In this document: in pieces, positions 13,572 to 24,562 of the stretch
Position numbering within the stretch: position 1 is the stretch's first letter
Layout of the letters: the number at the start of each line of letters is the position of its first letter
Assembly (NCBI GenBank): GCA_028534125.1
Contig: CM052840.1
Span: 8,060,001 to 8,124,000 of the forward strand
Direction: 5' to 3'
Origin: Lama glama
Taxonomy: Eukaryota
DNA length: 64,000 bases
Position numbers and translations under genes: made by a program
The notes under the pieces: generated by a model
Told to the model about the DNA's origin: nothing
What the model saw: only the letters and a program-made list of their open reading frames with translations
Databases searched by the model: none

Positions 13572-14985
13572 TAACCCCAGCTGTGCCCTGAACTCTTTCC
13601 CTTCCCTGATGTTGAGAGTAAAAACACTAACACACATCCACGTAGCATAAAGTGAGAAGCCATGAAAATATTCACTATTTCCAGTGACACAAAGAGTGTT
13701 TAAAGTCATTTACATTAGCAAAAAGAAGGGGAAAAGTACTGCATGGTCTTGCAATTTTTGCGTAAAGAAGGAAGAAGTACGACTGAGTTATCATCTATTT
13801 TTAAAATTCGTTTAAGTGGCAAACGAGAAAGTTCACTTGAACATTCAGGGGTGAACAATAAACTTTTTTTTGGACTATATTTCCTGTTATATTTCCAGTT
13901 AGGATGTAAAATCTTGGGAATAACATTTTGGTTTTCCCAAGTGTTCATTTCATTCAAAGCAAATTAGTCAGAGAATCGCAATCTGTATAAATCCATCATC
14001 ATCGGGGCCCTTGATCTCCGAACACTACTCTGCTGAATCCTGAGATAAATCTTCATGCCAGAAATCCTATTATTTAGAAGTACAACAAAAATAACAATCG
14101 GAGATGACATCAGGGCGGTGAGAACATCACACTCTTCTTCTTTGCGTATCAGAAGAAGCTAACATCCGCTCATCACTGGCCGAAGCGACACACAGGAGCC
14201 TGGGAAATATCTGGTTGGCTCCAACATAAATAATCTTCTGTCCTCTGGGAAAAAACTTTCTTTTTCTCACTCCGTGGCTTCAGAAAGGCCACTGACAGGG
14301 GCACACATCTTCTGGCGATGGCGTGGAAATACCGTTCAGTGAGTTGAGGACAGATAAGGATGTGTGTTTACACTCGTGAAGTGGATACTGCTTGGAGTAT
14401 ACTGAACACTTTTGTCAACATGTCCCTTCTCCATCCTTAGCCTCTGGCTTATTAAAAGGCTTTATGGAGAGTATTGGTTGGGGGTGAGGGAAGTGTGCAG
14501 TTAGGTAGAAGAAATTGGCCAGGGTTCAATACAGATAAAACTGAAGAGATGAGACAAGGCGAGAGGAAACATCTGGAGCACCTGGCAGGGGTGGTTTTAG
14601 GCTCCTCGCCTGAAGTAGCTCATTATTGACTCTTCTTCTTTGTTGGCCTATAATCTAGTTTTTCCTGCTATTGCAGATTTGTCTAAAAACAATAGGATAA
14701 GAGCAAACATTACCATTTGTTTTTGAGATTCACAAGATGTCCTCTTGATTCTCACATGGAGAACCTACTTCAGTCATTCACAGCTCAATGGGGTTTTTAC
14801 TTAAACTGCTCCTCAAAACACCACTTAACTTGGAGAACATGTAACAGGGATACTAGTCAAGATCTCCCTGGGTCACTCATACCTGACCACAGATTGCAGA
14901 GAAATCCCTACAGCTGTGTTCCTTGGGTCCGACTAGGCTGAGACAGGAGACAGCACGTTTATCTGGAATGTTCAAGAAAAAAGTA

Positions 14986-15320
14986 GTTTTTAAATGTATT
15001 ATTTTATTTTATTGTGGTAAGAATAGTTTACCTTTGAACAAATGTTAAGTGTACAATACACACTTGTCGCCTTTAGATACCATGTTGTTGTACAGCAGAG
15101 CTCTAGACCTTACCTACCTTGCTTGCTTGAAATTTTATGCCCATTGATTAGCAACTCTCCAATTTTCCCCTCACTCCAGCCCCTGGCAGCCACCATTCCT
15201 CATTTTGAGTCTATGAATTTGACTGTGTTAGATACTTCATGTAAGTAGAATCACGTAGCATTTATCTATCTGTGACTGGTTTATTCCACTTAACGTAATG
15301 TCCTCTATGTTCACCCATGA
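14986..15320 (-). mobile_element. L1 3' end (L1MA8/9-like)
   Basis: TTTTATTGTGGTAAGAA...TTAAGTGTACAATACA...CAGCCCCTGGCAGCCACCATTC...TTAGATACTTCATGTAAGTAGAATCA. Confidence 0.85.
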
Positions 15321-16469
15321 GACTTGAAATATGGATGCTTAAATCGGTAGAATCGGGTCGATCCACTGGATGCTGAGGTCCTGTGAGCCCAGGTGGACCT
15401 CTCCACGCTCATGTGACAGAGGTTGCTAAGTCTTGCAGGGAGTCAGGCTCTAACGCTGACCCTCGGTTACTGTGGAGCAAGTACGTAGGAGTAAGTTTAG
15501 TTGACACACCACAGAAGTTGCTTTAGAAAAAACAAGTTTCCTATGTCTTTTGACCTCTCTCTCTCTTTTTTTTTAAACTTTCTCAAAAATGAAAAATCTA
15601 GATACTTTTGTGACCCTTACCCCTTCCCTCCAATTCAGTTACCAATTTCTGTGGACATTTCAAACCCAATATGTCAATCCTAATATATATATAAACATGG
15701 CTCTTTGGTGACTGAATTAATTAAGCAGACACCTTATCAAAAGCAAGAATAAGAAAGAAAGAGTTCATGGGGATTTCAGTTTCAACTACACACACACATC
15801 ACATGTAGAGCCAAGATGAAATTTATACCTATACATCTTTTCCCATGTATTTTCAAGGCTTTTCTTACAAAATATTCTCTATACCACAAATAATTGCTAT
15901 TTATAAATTATGGAATCAAATCAGGTCTCAGCAGATTCCCAACTCTCTATGTCACTGACATGTTAGTGTACAAAAAATGTTCTGAAATAAGTGGGCCATT
16001 AGCTTACACGTGAAGATCTGTCTTGGGTATATCACAGACGCTAACTTTAGTTATATTTGTCGTAAGGGATCTTGAGTTGAATTTTTCTTCTGTACAAATA
16101 TCATTTTTATGCAATAGATCATTCTGGAAAAATAGATTTTATTTTTAAATGAAAATTAAATGACGTTAATAAATATGTCAATCTTCCTCTTTAATCAATT
16201 GAAATGCTCATAAACTAGGAAAGTTATTAAATAACTGTTATATTATCTTCTTTCTCTGTCAGTCACATTCAATTTAGAAGACTGACATTTTTAGTAAAAC
16301 AATATTACTTTACTCAGAAATGTGTGGCGATTGTGAAGCTAGAATAGGGCTGGATAGGACCCCATTAAGACTGACAATCTAAGACCATCTGGGTACAAAT
16401 AATCCGTGCTCTACCTCATAATTATGCTAGTGGGCTAGGGCTTCTCAGGCAGGTGCACGAGCCATGTTA

Positions 16470-16660
16470 ATAATAGCTACCAGTAGTAAGTGCTCCCGGA
16501 AAGCATGCAATGGTATTGATGTACATTATTCATTGACTATTAACACCAAACCTATAGGAAGACACTATTATACACATCTTAAGATGAGGAAACTGAATCC
16601 TAGCAAGATTAAGCAACTCGGCCAATTAGTAAGTGATAGAGCCAGAATCTGAACCACAGT
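16470..16660 (-). mobile_element. MIR SINE
   Basis: Core AGATGAGGAAACTGA and GTAAGTGATAGAGCCAGAATCTGAACC. Confidence 0.75.
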
Positions 16661-16662
16661 AA

Positions 16663-16974
16663 CAATGGTTCTCATTATAGCAGTGAGCAAATGCATGACC
16701 AAAACTAATTTCATAATACTAACTTTTTTTTTTATTTTGTCTCATGAGCATACAGTCGAGTTTTCCAGAAGCTACGTGATATTTGTTGACAACAGCACTC
16801 TGACAGCTAATAGAACGTGGGCTTGTATATTCTTTCATTTAAAAATTAATCAGTTTCAATTTGTAACATTCATTCCTAGAAATAACCCACACAAACAAAA
16901 GCTCTCTGGAGTCCTCAATAATTTTTAAGAGCGTGTAAAGCAGTTCTGAGACCAGAAAGTTTGAGAAACAAAGC
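16663..16974. mobile_element. Charlie1-type hAT DNA transposon, internally deleted
   Basis: Ends CAATGGTTCTCA / TTTGAGAAAC; subterminal AACCCACACAAACAAAAGCTCTCTGGAGTCCTCAATAATTTTTAAGAG. Confidence 0.72.
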
Positions 16975-17046
16975 ATTGTGTTATACCACCTTTCAGAGAT
17001 CAAAGATACTCCAACTTCAGATTTCCAGTAGCCCAGTTAAAAAACA

Positions 17047-17160
17047 GGACAGGGTGTAGCTCAGCGGTAGAGTGCATGCCTAGTGTGCATGAGGTCCTGG
17101 GTTCAATCCCTCGTACGTCCATTAAAATAAATAAATAATCCTAATTACTTCTCCTTAAAA
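17047..17160 (+). mobile_element. Vic-1-type camelid SINE
   Basis: AGGGTGTAGCTCAGCGGTAGAGTGCATGCCTAGTGTGCATGAGGTCCTGGGTTCAATCCC followed by (AAAT)n and CCTAATTAC tail. Confidence 0.88.
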
Positions 17161-18361
17161 GGAGGAGGGGGGATCAATCTAAGAAAACCTAATCAATAAG
17201 GTATCACCAAAATAAGCAAACAAACAAAAAACCCCACTAGGGTTTGCACTGTGTTTTGTAGGGCAGGAATTTTTCATTTCAAGGGTGAAGAGAAATGGTG
17301 GGTTGGTTTCTAGGCATAGTTTTATGACAGATTTTCATTGAATCCTAGAGATGCCAAATGAGCTGTCCTCATGAGCCTTGGTACCTGGGCCTCCTCCTTG
17401 ATGTCTAATAGTGAATTGTACTCCTCCGTAGGATGTAAGTATAAAGCTTAAAAGCCTGATTAAGAACCCAGACCCAGACTGCCTGGTTTCAAATTCTGGG
17501 AGACCATAGGCACATTATACTTGTCGTGTCAGCCTATTTCCTCAACTACAACATACAATAACACATATTATTAGAGCCATGATAATTATACCATGAAGTT
17601 ATTGGGAGGGTTAAATGAGATAATGCTTCTCAAAAGTGAACAAAATAAAGATCATTTTAAATGCTTAGCACATAGTAAATAGTCAACACGTTTTAGTTAT
17701 CATTACTGTTATTTTGAGTCAGTTGGTAGCTACACAGACCCCTTGATGTGGTCTTTTTTTTTTTTCTTTCCTAAACTCCACTCAGGCTTCAGAGAACAGT
17801 TGGTTCTTTCCACAGCAAGGAATTAATTCTTCCTCTTCTATCACATTTTTAGCAACAAAGTGACTTACAAAAATCAGGAAAGCTTTCAAGAGGCAACTTA
17901 GCTGGTTGCTTTTCCCTTTTGGAGAACCATCTGTCAAAGATGGTACTTGTGGAGACGACATGAATTACAGACCTCGCATTTAGACCATCTCTGCTGAAAA
18001 CTACAGGCGTGATTTAGAGTAGATCTTGTCCCCCTCTGAGCCTCATTTCTCCTTCTGAAAAGGGAAGGTGTTTCTCTACAAAGTTTATAAAGATCTTTGT
18101 GATCATGTAATTCTATGACTATAAATTTTCAGAGGTAAGCATTATTCCCCCCCTGAAAAATCAACAGAATATCCAGTGTGCTCGTGGCATTATTCTGCGG
18201 CACTATATTTAATAAAATTGAGTAAATTTTGCAAACAAGAATTACAAGTACTACAAAATATCAACATAAATGTATTGTTCTTTACATTCTCCAGGTAATA
18301 CACAGATTTTAATGTGTGCATGCTGTTTTATCCATTTTCTTGAGAATTTCTGATTTATCAT

Positions 18362-18525
18362 NNNNNNNNNNNNNNNNNNNNNNNNNNNNNNNNNNNNNNN
18401 NNNNNNNNNNNNNNNNNNNNNNNNNNNNNNNNNNNNNNNNNNNNNNNNNNNNNNNNNNNNNNNNNNNNNNNNNNNNNNNNNNNNNNNNNNNNNNNNNNNN
18501 NNNNNNNNNNNNNNNNNNNNNNNNN
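18362..18525. other. Assembly gap
   Basis: Run of N. Confidence 1.
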
Positions 18526-19085
18526 AAGAGTAGCTGATAACTTGTGGAAATATTTGAAACAGATTAGTTTTTAGTGATCATGGCTTTCCCACATGGAGAG
18601 CAATATATCTTTAGCTTTGTTTATTCACTCACTTTAATGAGGAAAACAAAAACAAACTTTCCAGTGAGTCATCAAATATTTATTGAGCACTTTCTGTTTT
18701 ATGATGCTGCAATATTAATAGGCTAATTTATTCAATTCAGCTAATTCCGTGAATCTAAATGGTGTAAATCTTCCTTTTCATTTTCTTCCTCCAGACCGTT
18801 GTTATTTACAGAGATTGCATTTAGACTCATTTATTCATAAGCGTTCTTCAGGGCATTTCTATTCCAGCTTTTTGTCAAGCTGTCTCCTATTTACTGTACC
18901 GTTTCCTCACTCCAGTCTCTAATAGGATAATAATGTTCTGCACACTGGAAGAGGAATCACCATCACTGACTTATTGCTGCCATTTTGGATAGTAGGCTAC
19001 CATTGCCAAAGAACTGAACCTAATCTATGACATTTAAAGGGAAGCTCTGTGACACTAGCCAGACTTGATGGGGTAATAAATATTT

Positions 19086-19125
19086 ACCATCATCACCATC
19101 ATCATCATCATCGACATTATCATCA
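19086..19125 (+). repeat. (CAT)n imperfect trinucleotide repeat
   Basis: ACCATCATCACCATCATCATCATCATCGACATTATCATC. Confidence 0.85.
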
Positions 19126-20104
19126 ATCAAGAATAATGATCTGGCAACTCTCTGGGAGGGCTATTCTAAGATTTGGGTCTGTTTTGTTCATTTGTTTTCT
19201 TCTACTCAGGGAAAAGGTAGGGGCAGAAGATCATGGAAGAGAAGACAGTCTCACATCAGACCTCTTCTCCATGGTTTCTAGAAATAGCTTTTAAAGCTTC
19301 TTCAAGAATTGGTAAAAGCCTGGAAGATGTGGAAGATGAGGGGAAAGTGAGCAAACACATAAAGATGCAGAAAAGAAAGCATCTGCAAATCAGAAAGCCG
19401 ATCATTTGAGCACGAGAATTCTGAAAGGACACTGAGAAGGGGGAAAAGAGAAGAGAAGAGGAAGGCATGGAAGCGGATGGATGGAGGCACCAGCCACAAA
19501 AGGTAAGCTTGCAGGCTTCTTCTAGTGCTTCAACGCCAGTGTTGACTGGATTATTCAAAACAAGAATTCTGCAGAGTAGATATAATATCATAACATCAGA
19601 AATCTTCCTTTAGACTGTAACGCTGTCTCATATAGACTTTTAAATGATTTTAAATAGAAACTGAGTCTAGAAGTGTACAAGAAAATGTTCGGAGATTTGG
19701 ACTTGATGCTTGTAAATGAGATAAGCCCCTGTTTCGTTAAGAATTGCTTATGTGGCCAACAGAGCTAATTAGGCAATGACCCTCCCAGCCTAGGTCAGAT
19801 AGCTCCATAGAGCAGGACAGACCATCAAAGCAGACTTTCCCCAGGGTAACAGGAGTCTAAGTCCTTATTTACCCCACAAACATGTAGGATCCCTTTGACC
19901 TTGACAAAGTGCTAAGCTCCCCCCACACCACCCTACAAACCAACTTAACTGTGGTTCTCCAATGAACAGCAGCTTTGATGTCAAGCACCAACCTTAGAGG
20001 CAGCATGGAAAGATGCAATGGTTCTTGGCTGATTATAAACTATGATTGGTCCTACTTTTAATTGGAAATAGGTATCCGAGCATTCTTGTTTCATGCCCTA
20101 AAGC

Positions 20105-20312
20105 ACTAGATCATAAAATGGAGTGTGCACCAGGATTTCCCAGGCTGCTTATTAAAACTGAAGATTGCTTAGAACTCCTTGCCCTCCCCCCAACCCCCCA
20201 CCGCCCCCCAGCTACTGATTCTTCAGATCTGCAGTGGGTCTAGGAATCTGTACTTTCATCAAGCCTTCCAGGTGATTTTGATGCAGATGATCTAAACACT
20301 TGACGAGGTATT
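20105..20312. mobile_element. MER5-type hAT MITE
   Basis: CTTATTAAAACTGAAGATTGCT...CTACTGATTC...CTAGGAATCTGTACTTT...CCAGGTGATTTTGATGCAG. Confidence 0.65.
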
Positions 20313-20462
20313 GCAGACGTAGCCCCAGCATGTATTTTTTAATGTCATGCTGTATCTTAATATTTACCACATTTTAGGTTTTCCAGAACTATAAAAATTA
20401 AACCCTAGGAAATCAAAATCTTTACCGTAGACACTAAAGCCTCATGTCAATTCCAAAGAAAA

Positions 20463-20494
<32 letters not shown>

Positions 20495-20497
20495 CGC
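20463..20497 (+). repeat. (TG)10(CG)4 TGTGCGC alternating purine-pyrimidine tract
   Basis: 35 bp of uninterrupted alternation, seen directly. Confidence 0.95.
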
Positions 20498-23400
20498 TTG
20501 TGCATGTGGAGAGAGAGATTAATGCAGAAGATAAACTATACAGAGTCCCTTCGACTTGGGTTCCACGTGAATTTGTATTTGGACTGTTCTCTGTCTGCCC
20601 CTGGTGTTACGGAAGGAGAAATGCACTTCCCAAAGTGATAATTCTGAATGAAAGAGATTAAAACATTATTGCCCGGGCACAGAACCACATTAGTAATTCA
20701 AAATGAGGTCAAAGGGGAAGGATTATGACTATTTCTATTTCCTGAAGGTAAATAAGCTAATTTACATTAGAAAGGATGACTTTTTCCAAGGACATCCTGA
20801 AAAAAAAGTGTTATCTATAAAAACAATTTGTTGGCATCCCTTCGTCCACTCAGATGCGCTCAGAGGAAGTGTGTGTGCAGGAAGCAGGCTGCAGACATTT
20901 CTTCGGTCCCTGGTTCTGCGGTGGCAGCATGTGTCTCCAGGCTCCCTGAGGTCGAGGCTGAGGACTTACCCGGGAGAAGCTGGTGTTTCTGCCTAGATGA
21001 GAAAGAACAGGGAGCTTGTCCGCTGCTGCCTGTCCAGGGGCACATGATAGGTTCTCAATCTATACTTGTGGAATCAATTAACTCTCTGATACTTTGGTTG
21101 TTAATGTTCTTTTTTAAAGAATTTAAATTTTTAAATCTTTGCATGCACACACATGTACACACATACACACAAAGGAAATAATGAGCTGAAGTCATAGACA
21201 ACACATAAAATAAATGCAAGGAATTACAACAATAGTCAGCTTCCTCTGAAAATGCATGAAACCGTACTGTAAATCAAGCACGGTTTGTTTGTTTGTTTAT
21301 TTTGCTTTACATGATCATTTCAAAGACGCATTCATTATCTGCACTTCTAATAGGTGAAGTCTTGAAAACCCCTCTGTCCTTACTTAGCTATTTGTCAGAG
21401 AGCTAATGATCAATAAACCCTTAAAAATACTAAAGGAGCTTTTGATTTCAGAAAATCTTAAAGATGAGAGAGTCTTCAGAGCTCATCTACTACTGGTTCT
21501 CAAATTGGCTTTGGGTGGACCCACAACTAGAGAGTCTGACTATGTCACCTGGGCTGGAGCCTGGGAGTGTGTTCATTTAAACAGCCCCAGAGTTGTACAG
21601 ATATCCAGCCAAGGTGGCCCAATCTAATCCAAACATCCAATATTTTCACACGAGAAACAGAGAAACTAAATGAATTGTTAATGAGACATTTAAATCTCTT
21701 CAGAAATGAAGTAAACAGTTTTCATTTTTCAACAAAGGTTTATCACGTGCGTACCGCATATGTGCTCTGCTCTACGTCAGGCAGTGACAGTTTGAAGACA
21801 AACAAGACGTGAACTTTGTTCTCATTCATCTTACCTAGTCACAGCAAATAATCCTCCTCTGGTTATTCAGTGAGTCAACACACATTAAGAGTATTTGTAA
21901 ACAATGGATGTTAGGGAGATGTGTAATTATGGATTCTCTGCATTTGGACCCTGGAATTCTATGTAAAGCAGAACCCCTACACTGCTTTTCCTTTCCAGGA
22001 AATTGTGGTAACAGTTTTCATATGTGATGGAGCAACCTAAGGAGTCCATATCACCAATTTGGGAAAACTGATAAATAACCTCTGCGTATCTGCTGAACTA
22101 ACCAGCCAGAAACCACCGTGGTCTTATCCCATTTGCCCTTTGTCAACAGAGGAGGGCAGATGAAGAGACCGGCGTCTCCAGCTTCTCCAGAACTGATCTG
22201 CTGCCCCTCTGCAGAAGACACAGGGCGACAGCAACCCCGGTGTGCATATCCTTTCCAACAGCAAGTCAATGCTTTTGCTCAGGGCTGTCATTTGAACTGC
22301 CCCACTTCTGCTCACTCTGTCTTCTGCCAGTGATCCAGGCTCCACAGTGGAAACTATGCTGCTTTGGGTATTGAACACTTGAGTCACTTTTCCATTTTTA
22401 TGGCTGGTGTGGGTGCCATCACTCCCCAACAGAGTGCTCTAGAAGAGCGGGAAGGGCATTCATTTTCCACCAACTGCACATACACACGGGCGAGCTGCCC
22501 CCGGGGCTCACCGACGCCTCAGATAATTCTGTTGTCCAAGTTTGCTTCTGACTCTTCCGTCTTTTCTTGTGCCATTTGGCACAGTGTCTCAGTCCCGTAG
22601 GAAACTCCCTTTTGGATTTTTCTCATTTATATTTAGATGCTCTTGCTTCCCATTTAGGGCAGGATTTTCCTAATAACATGCTTAAACTCCAGAGCTAAGA
22701 GCGATTTTTCATGGCCAGAAGGAACTCTGACCAACTAGTTATATGAGCAGGTCCTTGACTGGCTTAGGAAAAATTCATTTTATTGTTAAGAACAAATGGT
22801 AGAAGGAAAATTGCATACTGACAGAGCCATAATGCTCAACAAGGCAGCCGTAGGGGTATTATGTTTTGGGGTACCCAGCTAACATTTTGAGAACAGCATT
22901 CTAAAGGATCATGATCACCCTCTTCTACAAATTACCCTTGTGTCCTATTTTCTAAGAAAAATCCCGAGATGAACGGACCATAAATCTCACTGAAAATTGT
23001 GCTTGTTTTTAGGGAGGAATATAGATACAAACATAGGCTCCCCTCCACACACACACGGAGGTGAATTACTGGAGGGTTTATAAGGTTCAGTTATCCTACA
23101 GTTGACTTCGCTCACTTCTTTCCTCATGTCTGTGTCCAGGATGAATTAAACATAAACGAAATTACCCCAGACTAGGATGTGCGGGAAGTTTAGTCTCATA
23201 GCAAGGGGCCCTTTTCTTTTCATAGCATTTTAATCATCCGCTCCCCCCTTGGCGTCGGAGTGTGGAGAGAGATGGTCCTCTTCGGTGACAATTCCTCCAT
23301 CCCGCCGCTCTCTCAGAGCCAAAGTCTTATCTCAGGCTCGCCCTCAAACACCACGTACGAAGCATCCGTGGCCATCTTTCAAGCTCTTTTCCTGTTTATT

Positions 23401-24270
23401 GCCTTAAAGCTGGGAAATGGCTCACCGAACAAAGGCAGTTCCCCAAGGCCAAGCAGTGTGCGACACACTAACGAACACTCAAGCCAATGTCTTTCAAACG
23501 CTATTGTGAGTCATCTTTCCCTCCTTCCTTCCCACGGTTCAGTCATCTTGCTGGCTCCGAGTTCTCACCTTTGTGTCCGGCCTCAGCTGCCTTCAGCTTA
23601 CTGCCTAGGACTGCAATTGTCTTTGTCTCTTTTATCCGCTTCACTGTGTCTTGTTTTCCTAAAGTATCTGGCACTCATTTTTCCACAACATTGTTCCTTT
23701 GTTCCAGGGAAAAAAATAAATTTTGGAGGCAGCAGAAATACAGCTCCAAAGGCCACAGGGTGACATCCTTTCTCATCTGATCTTTATTCATATTTGGGTT
23801 TTAATTGCATTTTTCCCCCCATTTCTCAAGCACCGTACACCTCCCTTCCTCCCTGACAGGAAGGAGCATTTTATTTCTCATTCAAAATGCTCTTCTACTG
23901 ATGTCTATTCTTCAGAAGCTCCTGAGGCCCCTTGTTACCTATTGGTTTTTCTCTTGTTGGTTGATCTGTTGGCCTTGCTGTAGTTTATTCCCTTTTCAAC
24001 CTTTTTTCCCCCCTTTTTCCCAACTTAGGCCAGAACTTACAACCTGCTGTCTTTTCTCATCTTCACTATCATTATCTTCAGACCGAGTCTTCCCAAAATC
24101 GATTTTTTTTTTAACCAACCCCGTGCTCTTTAAAGAAACAAAGAGGAGAATTATGTGATGGTTTCCACCGTCGGGGCGTCTGTGGCTTTGTTTGAGCGAG
24201 AGCTTCAAATCCAAAGCGAAACCTTGACTTAACACACAAACTCAATTGGCGAGAGGAGTACCCGGGTTGA

Positions 24271-24562
24271 NNNNNNNNNNNNNNNNNNNNNNNNNNNNNN
24301 NNNNNNNNNNNNNNNNNNNNNNNNNNNNNNNNNNNNNNNNNNNNNNNNNNNNNNNNNNNNNNNNNNNNNNNNNNNNNNNNNNNNNNNNNNNNNNNNNNNN
24401 NNNNNNNNNNNNNNNNNGTTCGNNNNNNNNNNNNNNNNNNNNNNNNNNNNNNNNNNNNNNNNNNNNNNNNNNNNNNNNNNNNNNNNNNNNNNNNNNNNNN
24501 NNNNNNNNNNNNNNNNNNNNNNNNNNNNNNNNNNNNNNNNNNNNNNNNNNNNNNNNNNNNNN
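24271..24562. other. Assembly gap with a 5-nt island (GTTCG, 24418-24422)
   Basis: Two runs of N separated by 5 called bases. Confidence 1.

Noticed and set aside
19049-19294. ORF with a poly-His run
   Set aside because: Translation of a (CAT)n microsatellite.
23860-23895. Hairpin GAGCATTTT...AAAATGCTC as a possible miRNA precursor
   Set aside because: Stem of only 9-12 bp; too short and expected by chance.
23260-24235. Group of 79-167 aa ORFs suggesting a gene or pseudogene
   Set aside because: No recognisable protein similarity in any frame; overlapping low-complexity ORFs with non-ATG starts.
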